A DNA stretch of 64,000 nt from Escherichia coli (GCF_030384885.1 NZ_CP128613.1), one strand, 5' to 3'; positions 39,158 through 50,912 are shown, numbered from the stretch's first letter. A program made the numbers and translations. Notes: generated by a model not told the origin, from the letters alone.

Positions 39158-39937
39158 ATGGCATTTAAGATCTGGCAAATTGGTTTGCATTTACAACAGC
39201 AAGAAGCGGTAGCGGTTGCGATCGTGCGGGGCGCAAAAGAATGCTTTTTGCAACGCTGGTGGCGGTTGCCGCTGGAGAACGACATAATCAAAGATGGGCG
39301 GATTGTCGATGCACAGCGGCTGGCTAAAACGTTGTTACCGTGGAGTCGCGAACTGCCGCAGCGTCATCACATTATGTTGGCGTTTCCCGCCAGTCGCACA
39401 TTACAGCGGTCATTTCCGCGCCCGTCGATGTCCCTTGGTGAGCGGGAGCAAACGGCCTGGCTGTCCGGGACGATGGCCCGCGAGCTGGATATGGATCCGG
39501 ACTCCCTGCGCTTCGATTACAGCGAAGACTCACTCAGTCCCGCCTATAACGTGACTGCCGCGCAAAGCAAAGAGCTGGCAACGCTGCTTACTTTGGCAGA
39601 AAGGTTGCGTGTTCATGTTAGTGCGATCACCCCGGATGCCAGTGCATTACAGCGATTCCTGCCTTTTTTACCTTCTCATCAGCAATGTCTGGCCTGGCGT
39701 GATAACGAACAGTGGCTGTGGGCGACGCGCTATAGCTGGGGGCGCAAACTGGCGGTGGGGATGACTAGCGCGAAGGAGCTGGCGGCAGCGTTATCCGTTG
39801 ATCCCGAAAGCGTCGCGCTATGTGGCGAAGGCGGATTTGACCCGTGGGAGGCGGTTTCTGTTCGTCAGCCGCCGCTACCGCCGCCAGGTGGAGACTTTGC
39901 CATCGCGCTGGGGCTGGCGCTAGGGAAGGCGTACTGA
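39158..39937 (+). CDS. hofM: Type IV pilus/DNA-utilisation assembly protein HofM (PilM-like)
   Basis: Recognised protein begins MAFKIWQIGLHLQQQEAVAVAIVRG... (259 aa). Confidence 0.9.
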   Translation: MAFKIWQIGLHLQQQEAVAVAIVRGAKECFLQRWWRLPLENDIIKDGRIVDAQRLAKTLLPWSRELPQRHHIMLAFPASRTLQRSFPRPSMSLGEREQTAWLSGTMARELDMDPDSLRFDYSEDSLSPAYNVTAAQSKELATLLTLAERLRVHVSAITPDASALQRFLPFLPSHQQCLAWRDNEQWLWATRYSWGRKLAVGMTSAKELAAALSVDPESVALCGEGGFDPWEAVSVRQPPLPPPGGDFAIALGLALGKAY

Positions 39938-40476
39938 TGAACCCGCCAATTAATTTTTTGCCCTGGCGACAGCAACGCCGGACCGCTTTTCTTCGTTTCT
40001 GGTTGCTGATGTTCGTTGCGCCTCTGCTGCTGACCGTCGGGATAACGCTAATATTGCGTCTGACAAGCAACGCCGAAGCTCGCGTAGATGCCGTTTTGCT
40101 TCAGGCGGAACAACAACTCGCCCACAGCTTACAAATAACGAAACCACGTTTGCTGGAGCGCCAACAAATTCGTGAGCAGCGTTTGCAAAGGCAGCGCCAG
40201 CGACAATTTACCCGTGACTGGCAATCTGCGCTGGAAGCACTGGCGGCGCTTTTACCCGAGCACGCCTGGCTGACAACGATAAGCTGGCAGCAGGGAACGC
40301 TGGAGATCAAGGGGCTAACAACAAGCATTACCGCGTTAAACGCGCTGGAAACGTCACTCCGCCAGGATGCTTCTTTTCATCTCAATCAGCGGGGGGCCAC
40401 GCAGCAGGATGCGCAGGGACGCTGGCAATTTGAGTATCTGTTAACAAGGAAGGTTAGCGATGGACATGCTCTTTGA
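39937..40476 (+). CDS. hofN: HofN (PilN-like)
   Basis: MNPPINFLPWRQQRRTAFLRFWLLMF... (179 aa); ATGA overlap with the hofM stop. Confidence 0.88.
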   Translation: MNPPINFLPWRQQRRTAFLRFWLLMFVAPLLLTVGITLILRLTSNAEARVDAVLLQAEQQLAHSLQITKPRLLERQQIREQRLQRQRQRQFTRDWQSALEALAALLPEHAWLTTISWQQGTLEIKGLTTSITALNALETSLRQDASFHLNQRGATQQDAQGRWQFEYLLTRKVSDGHAL

Positions 40477-40900
40477 CTGGTGGTTCGCCACATCACCCCG
40501 CCTCCGCCAGCTTTGCTGGGCATTCTGGTTGATGATGTTAGTTACGCTCATTTTTCTGTCATCGACACACCAGGAAGAGAGCGACGCATTAATTCGACTA
40601 CGGGCAAGTCATTACCAGCAGTGGGCCGCACTGTATCGCCTGGTAAACACCACTCCCTTCAGTGAGGAAAAAACGCAGCCCTTTTCGCCACTGGATTTTC
40701 AGTTATCCGGCGCGCAACTGGTTTACTGGCATCCATCCGCGCAGGGAGGTGAGTTGGCGTTGAAAACGCTGTGGGAAGCAGTGCCGTCGGCATTTACACG
40801 GCTGGCAGAGCGCAACGTCAGCGTGAGCCGTTTTTCGTTAAGCGTGGAAGGTGATGACCTTTTGTTCACGCTACAACTGGAGACGCCGCATGAGGGTTAA
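40460..40900 (+). CDS. hofO: HofO (PilO-like)
   Basis: 146 aa; MDMLFDWWFATSPRLRQLCWAFWLMMLV...; overlaps hofN by 17 nt. Confidence 0.85.
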   Translation: MDMLFDWWFATSPRLRQLCWAFWLMMLVTLIFLSSTHQEESDALIRLRASHYQQWAALYRLVNTTPFSEEKTQPFSPLDFQLSGAQLVYWHPSAQGGELALKTLWEAVPSAFTRLAERNVSVSRFSLSVEGDDLLFTLQLETPHEG

Positions 40901-41294
40901 ACGCTGGTTGTTAGCAGGCATTGCATTGTGCCTTTTAACCGGTATGCGTGACCCTTTTAAACCGCCGGAAGATCTATGTCGGATTAGCGAACTTAGCCAG
41001 TGGCGCTATCAGGGGATGGTAGGGCGAGGCGAGCACATCATCGGTGTAATAAAAGATGGGCAAAAAAAATGGCGACGGGTGCAGCAAAACGATGTGTTGG
41101 AAAACGGCTGGACGATCTTACAGCTAACGCCAGACGCACTAACGCTGGGAACCGGGACAAACTGCGAACCGCCACAATGGTTGTGGCAACGGCAAGGAGA
41201 TACAAATGAAGCAATGGATAGCCGCACTACTGTTGATGCTGATACCCAGCGTACAGGCGGCAAAGCCGCAAAAAGTGACGCTGATGGTGGATGA
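40890..41294 (+). CDS. hofP: HofP (PilP-like lipoprotein)
   Basis: MRVKRWLLAGIALCLLTGMRDPFKPP... (134 aa). Confidence 0.85.
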   Translation: MRVKRWLLAGIALCLLTGMRDPFKPPEDLCRISELSQWRYQGMVGRGEHIIGVIKDGQKKWRRVQQNDVLENGWTILQLTPDALTLGTGTNCEPPQWLWQRQGDTNEAMDSRTTVDADTQRTGGKAAKSDADGG

Positions 41295-42444
41295 CGTTCC
41301 GGTAGCTCAGGTGTTGCAGGCGCTGGCTGAACAGGAGAAGTTGAACCTGGTGGTGTCGCCAGACGTCAGCGGTACGGTGTCATTACATCTAACAGATGTT
41401 CCCTGGAAGCAGGCGCTACAAACTGTAGTGAAAAGCGCCGGGCTAATAACGCGTCAGGAGGGCAACATTCTCTCGGTGCATTCCGTTGCCTGGCAGAATG
41501 ACAATATCGCCCGTCAGGAGGCTGAACAGGCGCGGGTGCAGGCAAGTCTGCCGCTGGAAAATCGTAGTATAACCCTGCAATACGCCGACGCGGGAGAACT
41601 GGCGAAAGCAGGGGAGAAACTACTGAGTGCTAAAGGGAGTATGACCGTTGATAAACGTACCAATCGCCTTTTGCTGCGAGATAACAAAGCGGCGTTAAGC
41701 GCGCTTGAACAGTGGGTAGCGCAAATGGATCTGCCGGTCGGGCAGGTTGAGCTGTCGGCGCATATTGTCACCATTAATGAAAAAAGTTTGCGTGAGTTAG
41801 GCGTGAAATGGACGTTGGCTGATGCGCAACAAGCTGGTGGCGTTGGGCAAGTCACCACGCTTGGCAGCGACCTCTCCGTAGCGACGGCGACAACGCATGT
41901 CGGTTTTAACATTGGACGCATCAACGGACGTTTACTGGATCTTGAGCTTTCCGCGCTCGAACAAAAACAGCAGCTGGATATTATCGCCAGTCCGCGTCTG
42001 CTGGCCTCACATCTTCAGCCTGCCAGCATTAAACAGGGGAGCGAAATTCCATATCAGGTTTCCAGCGGGGAAAGTGGCGCGACGTCGGTGGAATTTAAAG
42101 AGGCCGTCCTGGGGATGGAAGTTACGCCCACGGTGTTACAAAAAGGTCGCATCCGGCTGAAATTACACATCAGCCAGAACGTTCCGGGGCAGGTGCTACA
42201 GCAGGCCGATGGCGAAGTGCTGGCGATTGATAAGCAGGAGATCGAAACGCAGGTCGAGGTCAAAAGCGGAGAAACGTTGGCGCTGGGTGGTATTTTTACC
42301 CGTAAAAATAAATCGGGTCAGGATAGCGTACCGTTGCTTGGTGACATTCCCTGGTTCGGGCAATTATTTCGTCATGACGGAAAAGAAGATGAACGACGCG
42401 AGTTAGTGGTGTTTATCACGCCACGACTGGTTTCCAGTGAGTAA
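41206..42444 (+). CDS. hofQ: Secretin HofQ (PilQ/ComE-like outer membrane channel)
   Basis: 412 aa; MKQWIAALLLMLIPSVQAAKPQKVTLMV... with signal peptide and C-terminal secretin region; overlaps hofP. Confidence 0.9.
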   Translation: MKQWIAALLLMLIPSVQAAKPQKVTLMVDDVPVAQVLQALAEQEKLNLVVSPDVSGTVSLHLTDVPWKQALQTVVKSAGLITRQEGNILSVHSVAWQNDNIARQEAEQARVQASLPLENRSITLQYADAGELAKAGEKLLSAKGSMTVDKRTNRLLLRDNKAALSALEQWVAQMDLPVGQVELSAHIVTINEKSLRELGVKWTLADAQQAGGVGQVTTLGSDLSVATATTHVGFNIGRINGRLLDLELSALEQKQQLDIIASPRLLASHLQPASIKQGSEIPYQVSSGESGATSVEFKEAVLGMEVTPTVLQKGRIRLKLHISQNVPGQVLQQADGEVLAIDKQEIETQVEVKSGETLALGGIFTRKNKSGQDSVPLLGDIPWFGQLFRHDGKEDERRELVVFITPRLVSSE

Positions 42445-42844
42445 ACAGCCGTAAAAGCGGTAATGTTTTTACGCTGAACGTGTTTCATCTATTTGACGCG
42501 CGCAGGTATTTAGCATACAAGGAGTACCGATTTGAGAGTTGGTGCTCTTCGCTGCCTGCGTTCCATGATGATGATTTATCATTCAGGCGGCATTTTGCTG
42601 TCTTTTTTACGCTAATCTTACCCGGTGATTTATCGCCAGAGCGGTGGTAGCAAGGCAGCGCGCTTGCAGCGACCAGATATGCAGAGGGATGGGTGATTTA
42701 TTCAGTTGCCAAACCCGCTGGAGTATTGAGATAATTTTCAGTCTGACTCTCGCAATATCTTATGAGGTTTCAGTTCATGTCCTGCGGCGCTCTCTGAGCG
42801 AAGCGGGTTTATCATTAACGAATAGTCTTAGTAGTACCGAAAAA

Positions 42845-43366
42845 ATGGCAGAGAAACGCAATATCTTTCTGGTTGGGCCTATGGGTGCCGGAAAAAGCAC
42901 TATTGGGCGCCAGTTAGCTCAACAACTCAATATGGAATTTTACGATTCCGATCAAGAGATTGAGAAACGAACCGGAGCTGATGTGGGCTGGGTTTTCGAT
43001 TTAGAAGGCGAAGAAGGCTTCCGCGATCGCGAAGAAAAGGTCATCAATGAGTTGACCGAGAAACAGGGTATTGTGCTGGCTACTGGCGGCGGCTCTGTGA
43101 AATCCCGCGAAACGCGTAACCGTCTTTCCGCACGTGGCGTTGTCGTTTATCTTGAAACGACCATCGAAAAGCAACTTGCACGCACGCAGCGTGATAAAAA
43201 ACGCCCGTTGCTGCACGTTGAAACACCGCCGCGTGAAGTTCTGGAAGCGTTGGCCAATGAACGCAATCCGCTGTATGAAGAGATTGCCGACGTGACCATT
43301 CGTACTGATGATCAAAGCGCTAAAGTGGTCGCAAACCAGATTATTCACATGCTGGAAAGCAACTAA
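42845..43366 (+). CDS. aroK: Shikimate kinase 1
   Basis: Recognised protein begins [28 protein letters not shown]... (173 aa); the track ORF starts 67 codons upstream, probably spurious leader. Confidence 0.93.
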   Translation: MAEKRNIFLVGPMGAGKSTIGRQLAQQLNMEFYDSDQEIEKRTGADVGWVFDLEGEEGFRDREEKVINELTEKQGIVLATGGGSVKSRETRNRLSARGVVVYLETTIEKQLARTQRDKKRPLLHVETPPREVLEALANERNPLYEEIADVTIRTDDQSAKVVANQIIHMLESN

Positions 43367-43422
43367 TTCTGGCTTTATATACACTCGTCTGCGGGTACAG
43401 TAATTAAGGTGGATGTCGCGTT

Positions 43423-44511
43423 ATGGAGAGGATTGTCGTTACTCTCGGGGAACGTAGTTACCCAATTACCATCGCATCTGGTTTGTTTAATGAACCAGCT
43501 TCATTCTTACCGCTGAAATCGGGCGAGCAGGTCATGTTGGTTACCAACGAAACCCTGGCTCCTCTGTATCTCGATAAGGTCCGCGGCGTACTTGAACAGG
43601 CGGGTGTTAACGTCGATAGCGTTATCCTCCCTGACGGCGAGCAGTATAAAAGCCTGGCTGTACTCGATACCGTTTTTACGGCGTTGTTACAAAAGCCGCA
43701 TGGTCGCGATACTACGCTGGTGGCGCTTGGCGGCGGCGTAGTGGGCGATCTGACCGGCTTCGCGGCGGCGAGTTATCAGCGTGGTGTACGTTTCATTCAA
43801 GTCCCGACGACGTTACTGTCGCAGGTCGATTCCTCCGTTGGCGGCAAAACCGCGGTCAACCATCCCCTCGGTAAAAACATGATTGGCGCGTTCTACCAGC
43901 CTGCTTCAGTGGTGGTGGATCTCGACTGTCTGAAAACGCTTCCCCCGCGTGAGTTAGCGTCGGGGCTGGCAGAAGTCATCAAATACGGCATTATTCTTGA
44001 CGGTGCGTTTTTCAACTGGCTGGAAGAGAATCTGGATGCGTTATTGCGTCTGGATGGTCCGGCAATGGCGTACTGTATTCGCCGTTGTTGTGAACTGAAG
44101 GCAGAAGTTGTCGCCGCCGACGAGCGCGAAACCGGGTTACGTGCTTTACTGAATCTGGGACACACCTTTGGTCATGCCATTGAAGCTGAAATGGGGTATG
44201 GCAATTGGTTACACGGTGAAGCGGTTGCTGCGGGTATGGTGATGGCGGCGCGGACGTCGGAACGTCTCGGGCAGTTTAGTTCTGCCGAAACGCAGCGTAT
44301 TATAACCCTGCTCACGCGGGCTGGGTTACCGGTCAATGGGCCGCGCGAAATGTCCGCGCAGGCGTATTTACCGCATATGCTGCGTGACAAGAAAGTCCTT
44401 GCGGGAGAGATGCGCTTAATTCTTCCGTTGGCAATTGGTAAGAGTGAAGTTCGCAGCGGCGTTTCGCACGAGCTTGTTCTTAACGCCATTGCCGATTGTC
44501 AATCAGCGTAA
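43423..44511 (+). CDS. aroB: 3-dehydroquinate synthase
   Basis: 362 aa; [32 protein letters not shown]... Confidence 0.95.
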
Positions 44512-44602
44512 CAACAAGAAAGGTCAGGCCGCTTATCAAGCGGTCTATTAGCTTCAGGTTAATTGCAACGTGGTAAGCATTAACCTTTTAGTGGGGTGTT
44601 AA

Positions 44603-45889
44603 ATGGATGAATTCAAACCAGAAGACGAGCTGAAACCCGATCCCAGCGATCGTCGTACTGGTCGTTCTCGTCAATCTTCTGAACGTTCTGAGCGTACTGA
44701 ACGTGGCGAACCGCAGATCAATTTTGATGATATTGAACTTGATGACACTGACGATCGCCGTCCGACTCGTGCGCAAAAAGAGCGCAATGAGGAACCGGAA
44801 ATCGAAGAAGAAATTGACGAATCCGAAGATGAAACCGTGGATGAAGAGCGCGTAGAGCGTCGTCCGCGTAAGCGCAAAAAAGCAGCCAGTAAACCCGCTT
44901 CTCGTCAGTATATGATGATGGGCGTCGGCATTCTGGTTCTCCTGCTGTTGATCATCGGTATCGGTTCTGCGCTAAAAGCCCCCTCGACCTCTTCCAGCGA
45001 TCAAACCGCGTCTGGCGAGAAGAGTATTGATCTTGCTGGCAATGCGACCGATCAGGCGAATGGCGTGCAGCCAGCGCCGGGAACCACGTCTGCGGAAAAT
45101 ACTCAGCAGGATGTTTCTCTGCCGCCGATCTCTTCTACGCCGACTCAAGGGCAAACCCCGGCGGCAACGGATGGTCAACAACGTGTTGAAGTGCAGGGTG
45201 ACCTGAACAATGCGCTGACCCAGCCACAAAATCAGCAACAGTTGAATAATGTGGCGGTCAATTCCACGTTGCCGACTGAACCCGCGACGGTCGCGCCTGT
45301 TCGCAATGGCAATGCATCGCGTGACACGGCGAAAACGCAAACCGCTGAACGTCCGGCCACTACGCGTCCAGCTCGCCAGCAGGCGGTGATTGAACCGAAA
45401 AAACCGCAAGCAACCGTGAAAACGGAACCGAAGCCGGTAGCACAGACGCCGAAGCGTACTGAACCAGCTGCTCCTGTGGCGAGCACGAAGGCACCGGCTG
45501 CGACCTCTACGCCAGCACCAAAAGAGACCGCAACTACGGCTCCAGTACAGACGGCATCCCCGGCGCAAACCACGGCAACACCAGCCGCTGGAGGGAAGAC
45601 CGCAGGTAATGTTGGTTCGTTGAAATCGGCACCGTCCAGCCATTACACTCTGCAGCTGAGCAGTTCCTCTAACTACGACAACCTGAACGGTTGGGCGAAG
45701 AAAGAGAATCTGAAAAACTACGTTGTCTATGAAACGACGCGTAATGGTCAGCCGTGGTATGTCCTGGTTTCTGGCGTGTACGCTTCGAAAGAAGAGGCGA
45801 AAAAAGCGGTATCTACATTGCCAGCAGATGTCCAGGCCAAAAACCCGTGGGCGAAACCGCTGCGTCAGGTACAGGCCGATCTGAAGTAA
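44603..45889 (+). CDS. damX: Cell division protein DamX (SPOR domain)
   Basis: 428 aa; [26 protein letters not shown]..., a low-complexity Pro/Thr/Ala/Gln-rich linker, and a C-terminal SPOR domain. Confidence 0.93.
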   Translation: MDEFKPEDELKPDPSDRRTGRSRQSSERSERTERGEPQINFDDIELDDTDDRRPTRAQKERNEEPEIEEEIDESEDETVDEERVERRPRKRKKAASKPASRQYMMMGVGILVLLLLIIGIGSALKAPSTSSSDQTASGEKSIDLAGNATDQANGVQPAPGTTSAENTQQDVSLPPISSTPTQGQTPAATDGQQRVEVQGDLNNALTQPQNQQQLNNVAVNSTLPTEPATVAPVRNGNASRDTAKTQTAERPATTRPARQQAVIEPKKPQATVKTEPKPVAQTPKRTEPAAPVASTKAPAATSTPAPKETATTAPVQTASPAQTTATPAAGGKTAGNVGSLKSAPSSHYTLQLSSSSNYDNLNGWAKKENLKNYVVYETTRNGQPWYVLVSGVYASKEEAKKAVSTLPADVQAKNPWAKPLRQVQADLK

Positions 45890-45995
45890 TCAAGGTTATC
45901 TCCCGCAATGGTTTATCATCGCGGGAGTTGCCTGAAGCGCTGGATGCTGTCGGAGCTTTCTCCACAGCCGGAGAAGGTGTAATTAGTTAGTCAGC

Positions 45996-46832
45996 ATGAA
46001 GAAAAATCGCGCTTTTTTGAAGTGGGCAGGGGGCAAGTATCCCCTGCTTGATGATATTAAACGGCATTTGCCCAAGGGCGAATGTCTGGTTGAGCCTTTT
46101 GTAGGTGCCGGGTCGGTGTTTCTCAACACCGACTTTTCTCGTTATATCCTTGCCGATATCAATAGCGACCTGATCAGTCTCTATAACATTGTGAAGATGC
46201 GTACTGATGAGTACGTACAGGCCGCACGCGAGCTGTTTGTTCCCGAAACAAATTGCGCCGAGGTTTACTATCAGTTCCGCGAAGAGTTCAACAAAAGCCA
46301 GGATCCGTTCCGTCGGGCGGTACTGTTTTTATATTTGAACCGCTACGGTTACAACGGCCTGTGTCGTTACAATCTGCGCGGTGAGTTTAACGTGCCGTTT
46401 GGCCGCTACAAAAAACCCTATTTCCCGGAAGCAGAGTTGTATCACTTCGCTGAAAAAGCGCAGAATGCCTTTTTCTATTGTGAGTCTTACGCCGATAGCA
46501 TGGCGCGCGCAGATGAGGCATCCGTCGTCTATTGCGATCCGCCTTATGCGCCGCTGTCTGCGACCGCCAACTTTACGGCGTATCACACAAACAGTTTTAC
46601 GCTTGAACAACAAGCGCATCTGGCGGAGATCGCCGAAGGTCTGGTTGAGCGCCATATTCCAGTGCTGATCTCCAATCACGATACGATGTTAACGCGTGAG
46701 TGGTATCAGCGCGCAAAATTGCATGTCGTCAAAGTTCGACGCAGTATAAGCAGCAACGGCGGCACACGTAAAAAGGTGGACGAACTGCTGGCTTTGTACA
46801 AACCAGGAGTCGTTTCACCCGCGAAAAAATAA
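45996..46832 (+). CDS. dam: DNA adenine methyltransferase (GATC)
   Basis: 278 aa; [42 protein letters not shown]...; DPPY catalytic motif present. Confidence 0.96.
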   Translation: MKKNRAFLKWAGGKYPLLDDIKRHLPKGECLVEPFVGAGSVFLNTDFSRYILADINSDLISLYNIVKMRTDEYVQAARELFVPETNCAEVYYQFREEFNKSQDPFRRAVLFLYLNRYGYNGLCRYNLRGEFNVPFGRYKKPYFPEAELYHFAEKAQNAFFYCESYADSMARADEASVVYCDPPYAPLSATANFTAYHTNSFTLEQQAHLAEIAEGLVERHIPVLISNHDTMLTREWYQRAKLHVVKVRRSISSNGGTRKKVDELLALYKPGVVSPAKK

Positions 46833-46849
46833 TTCTCAAGGAGAAGCGG

Positions 46850-47527
46850 ATGAAACAGTATTTGATTGCCCCCTCAATTCTGTCGGCTGATTTTGCCCGC
46901 CTGGGTGAAGATACCGCAAAAGCCCTGGCAGCTGGCGCTGATGTCGTGCATTTTGACGTCATGGATAACCACTATGTTCCCAATCTGACGATTGGGCCGA
47001 TGGTGCTGAAATCTCTGCGTAATTATGGCATTACTGCCCCTATTGATGTGCATCTGATGGTGAAACCGGTCGATCGCATTGTGCCAGATTTCGCTGCCGC
47101 TGGTGCCAGCATCATAACCTTTCATCCAGAAGCCTCCGAGCATGTTGACCGCACGCTGCAACTGATTAAAGAAAATGGCTGTAAAGCGGGGCTGGTATTT
47201 AACCCGGCGACACCGCTGAGCTATCTGGATTACGTGATGGATAAGCTGGATGTGATCCTGCTGATGTCCGTCAACCCTGGTTTCGGCGGTCAGTCTTTCA
47301 TTCCTCAAACACTGGATAAACTGCGCGAAGTACGTCGTCGTATCGACGAGTCTGGCTTCGACATTCGACTGGAAGTGGACGGCGGCGTGAAGGTGAACAA
47401 CATTGGCGAAATCGCTGCGGCAGGTGCCGATATGTTCGTCGCTGGTTCGGCCATTTTCGATCAGCCAGACTACAAAAAGGTCATTGATGAAATGCGCAGT
47501 GAACTGGCAAAGGTAAGTCATGAATAA
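46850..47527 (+). CDS. rpe: Ribulose-phosphate 3-epimerase
   Basis: 225 aa; [47 protein letters not shown]... Confidence 0.96.
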   Translation: MKQYLIAPSILSADFARLGEDTAKALAAGADVVHFDVMDNHYVPNLTIGPMVLKSLRNYGITAPIDVHLMVKPVDRIVPDFAAAGASIITFHPEASEHVDRTLQLIKENGCKAGLVFNPATPLSYLDYVMDKLDVILLMSVNPGFGGQSFIPQTLDKLREVRRRIDESGFDIRLEVDGGVKVNNIGEIAAAGADMFVAGSAIFDQPDYKKVIDEMRSELAKVSHE

Positions 47528-48278
47528 GTTTGAAGATATTCGCGGCGTCGCTTTTGATCTCGATGGTACGCTGGTGGACAGTGCTCCTGGTCTGGCTGCT
47601 GCGGTAGATATGGCGCTGTATGCGCTGGAGTTGCCCGTCGCAGGTGAAGAGCGTGTTATTACCTGGATTGGTAATGGCGCAGATGTTCTGATGGAGCGTG
47701 CATTGACTTGGGCGCGTCAGGAACGTGCGACTCTGCGTAAAACAATGGGTAAACCGCCCGTTGATGACGACATTCCGGCAGAAGAACAGGTACGTATTCT
47801 GCGTAAACTGTTCGATCGCTACTATGGCGAGGTTGCCGAAGAGGGGACGTTTTTGTTCCCGCACGTTGCCGATACGCTGGGCGCATTGCAGGCAAAAGGC
47901 CTGCCGCTAGGTCTGGTCACCAACAAACCGACGCCGTTCGTCGCGCCACTGCTCGAAGCCTTAGATATCGCCAAATATTTCAGCGTGGTGATCGGTGGCG
48001 ATGATGTGAAAAACAAAAAGCCGCACCCGGACCCACTGTTACTGGTGGCTGAGCGGATGGGCATTGCCCCACAACAGATGCTGTTTGTTGGCGACTCCCG
48101 CAATGATATTCAGGCAGCAAAAGCAGCCGGTTGCCCTTCAGTTGGCTTAACCTACGGATATAACTACGGCGAGGCTATCGATCTTAGCCAGCCTGATGTA
48201 ATTTATCAGTCTATCAATGACCTTCTGCCCGCATTAGGGCTTCCGCATAGCGAAAATCAGGAATCGAAAAATGACTAA
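47520..48278 (+). CDS. gph: Phosphoglycolate phosphatase
   Basis: 252 aa HAD family; [30 protein letters not shown]...; overlaps the rpe stop. Confidence 0.95.
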   Translation: MNKFEDIRGVAFDLDGTLVDSAPGLAAAVDMALYALELPVAGEERVITWIGNGADVLMERALTWARQERATLRKTMGKPPVDDDIPAEEQVRILRKLFDRYYGEVAEEGTFLFPHVADTLGALQAKGLPLGLVTNKPTPFVAPLLEALDIAKYFSVVIGGDDVKNKKPHPDPLLLVAERMGIAPQQMLFVGDSRNDIQAAKAAGCPSVGLTYGYNYGEAIDLSQPDVIYQSINDLLPALGLPHSENQESKND

Positions 48279-49275
48279 GCCCATCGTTTTTAGTGGCGCA
48301 CAGCCCTCAGGTGAATTGACCATTGGTAACTACATGGGTGCGCTGCGTCAGTGGGTAAACATGCAGGATGACTACCATTGCATTTACTGTATCGTTGACC
48401 AACACGCGATCACCGTGCGCCAGGATGCACAGAAGCTGCGTAAAGCGACGCTGGATACGCTGGCCTTGTATCTGGCTTGTGGTATCGATCCTGAGAAAAG
48501 CACCATTTTTGTTCAGTCCCACGTGCCGGAACATGCGCAGTTAGGCTGGGCACTGAACTGCTATACCTACTTCGGCGAACTGAGCCGCATGACGCAGTTT
48601 AAAGATAAATCTGCGCGTTATGCCGAGAACATCAACGCGGGTCTGTTTGATTATCCGGTGCTGATGGCGGCGGATATCCTACTGTATCAAACCAATCTGG
48701 TGCCGGTGGGTGAAGACCAGAAACAGCACCTGGAACTGAGCCGCGATATCGCTCAGCGTTTTAATGCGCTGTACGGCGACATTTTTAAAGTGCCGGAACC
48801 GTTTATTCCAAAATCTGGCGCGCGCGTAATGTCGCTGCTGGAGCCGACCAAGAAGATGTCCAAGTCTGACGATAACCGCAATAACGTTATCGGCCTGCTG
48901 GAAGATCCGAAATCGGTAGTGAAGAAAATCAAACGCGCGGTCACTGACTCCGACGAGCCGCCGGTAGTTCGCTACGATGTGCAGAATAAAGCGGGCGTTT
49001 CCAACCTGCTGGATATTCTTTCTGCGGTAACTGGCCAGAGTATCCCGGAACTGGAAAAACAGTTCGAAGGCAAGATGTATGGTCATCTGAAAGGCGAAGT
49101 GGCTGATGCCGTTTCCGGTATGCTGACTGAATTGCAGGAACGCTATCACCGTTTCCGCAATGACGAAGCCTTCCTGCAACAGGTGATGAAAGATGGCGCA
49201 GAAAAAGCCAGCGCACACGCTTCCCGTACGCTAAAAGCGGTGTACGAAGCGATTGGATTTGTGGCGAAGCCGTAA
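48271..49275 (+). CDS. trpS: Tryptophan--tRNA ligase
   Basis: 334 aa; [25 protein letters not shown]... with class I KMSKS motif. Confidence 0.96.
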   Translation: MTKPIVFSGAQPSGELTIGNYMGALRQWVNMQDDYHCIYCIVDQHAITVRQDAQKLRKATLDTLALYLACGIDPEKSTIFVQSHVPEHAQLGWALNCYTYFGELSRMTQFKDKSARYAENINAGLFDYPVLMAADILLYQTNLVPVGEDQKQHLELSRDIAQRFNALYGDIFKVPEPFIPKSGARVMSLLEPTKKMSKSDDNRNNVIGLLEDPKSVVKKIKRAVTDSDEPPVVRYDVQNKAGVSNLLDILSAVTGQSIPELEKQFEGKMYGHLKGEVADAVSGMLTELQERYHRFRNDEAFLQQVMKDGAEKASAHASRTLKAVYEAIGFVAKP

Positions 49276-49280
49276 TATCA

Positions 49281-49345
49281 AAACGCTCGGACAGTCCCCT
49301 CGCCCCTTTGGGGAGAGGGTTAGGGTGAGGGGAGCAGGCAAGCGC
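49281..49345. repeat. GC-rich palindromic repeat / probable terminator after trpS
   Basis: TCCCCTCGCCCCTTTGGGGAGAGGGTTAGGGTGAGGGGAG contains nested inverted repeats (CCCCTC...GAGGGG); repeat family not assigned. Confidence 0.45.
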
Positions 49346-49544
49346 CAGTGCGAATTACCCTCTGCTCGCATTGTCGAATAAATCAATTCGTCATCACTCT
49401 GAAACCGGGGAAACCCGGTTTTTTATCCTCCTATTTGCAATAATCCGAAAAAATGTGAAGCGCCTCGCCGTTTCCACATCTCGCTGTTGCGCCTTATCTT
49501 CGAATTCCTGAATATATAAATATTCAATTTAATGAAAATTTACT

Positions 49545-50450
49545 ATGCGTCGAACGTTTATCAAAAAAGAAGGCGTCGTCATCACGACACTGGCCCGTTA
49601 TTTGTTGGGTGAAAAATGCGGTAATCGACTGAAAACCATAGATGAACTGGCAACTGAATGCCATTCATCCGTTGGCCTGACGCAGGCCGCGTTGAAAACG
49701 CTGGAATCAAGCGGTGCGATACGAATTAAACGCCGCGGGCGCAATGGCAGTTATCTGGTGGAAATGGATAACAAAGCACTGCTGAGTCATGTGGATATCA
49801 ACAACGTTGTGTGTGCCATGCCCTTGCCCTATACCCGCTTGTACGAAGGTTTAGCGAGTGGACTGAAAGCTCAGTTTGATGGCACTCCTTTTTATTATGC
49901 GCATATGCGCGGCGCGGATATTCGTGTGGAGTGTTTACTTAACGGCGTGTATGACATGGCGGTGGTTTCCCGACTGGCGGCAGAAAGTTATCTCACGCAA
50001 AAAGGCTTATGCCTCGCGCTGGAGTTGGGGCCGCATACCTACGTTGGTGAGCATCAGTTGATTTGCCGTAAAGGAGAGGCTGCAAAGGTGAAACGCGTGG
50101 GGTTGGATAACCGTTCGGCGGATCAGAAAATCATGACCGATGTCTTTTTTGGCGATAGTGATGTGGAACGAGCCGATCTCTCTTATCACGAGAGTTTACA
50201 ACGCATTGTTAAAGGCGATGTCGATGCGGTGATCTGGAATGTGGTAGCGGAGAGCGAACTGGCCATGCTGGGATTAGAAGCGATGCCACTGACGAACGAT
50301 CCGCGATTTTTACAGGCTACTGAAGCCGTGATACTAACGCGTGCCGATGATTACCCAATGCAACAACTACTACGTACGGTTGTAGATAAACATGCCCTGC
50401 TTGCTCATCAACAGCGAGTAGTCAGTGGGGAACAGGAACCCAGTTATTAA
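49545..50450 (+). CDS. yhfZ: Putative transcriptional regulator YhfZ
   Basis: 301 aa; MRRTFIKKEGVVITTLARYLLGEKCGNRLKTIDELATECHSSVGLTQAALKTLE... with N-terminal HTH-like segment; first gene of the yhfZ-yhfS cluster. Confidence 0.8.
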   Translation: MRRTFIKKEGVVITTLARYLLGEKCGNRLKTIDELATECHSSVGLTQAALKTLESSGAIRIKRRGRNGSYLVEMDNKALLSHVDINNVVCAMPLPYTRLYEGLASGLKAQFDGTPFYYAHMRGADIRVECLLNGVYDMAVVSRLAAESYLTQKGLCLALELGPHTYVGEHQLICRKGEAAKVKRVGLDNRSADQKIMTDVFFGDSDVERADLSYHESLQRIVKGDVDAVIWNVVAESELAMLGLEAMPLTNDPRFLQATEAVILTRADDYPMQQLLRTVVDKHALLAHQQRVVSGEQEPSY

Positions 50451-50466
50451 ACGAAAGGCATCTGAA

Positions 50467-50829
50467 ATGGAAACCAGACTCAACCTGCTTTGTGAGGCAG
50501 GCGTTATTGATAAGGACATCTGCAAAGGCATGATGCAGGTCGTCAACGTACTGGAAACAGAGTGTCATCTACCGGTACGCAGCGAGCAAGGAATGATGGC
50601 GATGACACATATGGCGAGCGCACTGATGCGCAGTCGCCGTGGTGAAGAAATAGAGCCGTTGGATGACGAATTGCTGGCAGAGCTGGCGCAATCCAGCCAC
50701 TGGCCAGCCATTTTACAATTGCATCAGGTGTTGTTGAAGGAATTCGCACTGGAAGTTAACCCGTGTGAAGAAGGCTATTTGCTGGCCAATCTTTATGGAT
50801 TATGGATGGCCGCTAACGAAGAGGTCTGA
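50467..50829 (+). CDS. yhfY: Uncharacterised protein YhfY
   Basis: METRLNLLCEAGVIDKDICKGMMQVVNV... (120 aa); the track ORF starts 14 codons upstream. Confidence 0.75.
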   Translation: METRLNLLCEAGVIDKDICKGMMQVVNVLETECHLPVRSEQGMMAMTHMASALMRSRRGEEIEPLDDELLAELAQSSHWPAILQLHQVLLKEFALEVNPCEEGYLLANLYGLWMAANEEV

Positions 50830-50912
50830 ATCTCCCGGCAAATCCACGTCGCGCATCTTAAATATTCAAAAAAATGAATATTTAATTCAAGGAACAGAAA
50901 CGAGGCAACAAG

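Noticed and set aside
42644-42844. N-terminal 67-codon extension of the aroK ORF in the track
   Set aside because: The recognised shikimate kinase begins at [19 protein letters not shown] (42845); the upstream in-frame region is the promoter/leader and has no RBS at 42644.
44972-45643. 223 aa and 113 aa minus-strand ORFs inside damX
   Set aside because: Generated by the low-complexity Pro/Thr/Ala-rich linker of damX; Arg/Cys/Gly-rich antisense translation.
48679-49218. 179 aa minus-strand ORF inside trpS
   Set aside because: Antisense to trpS.
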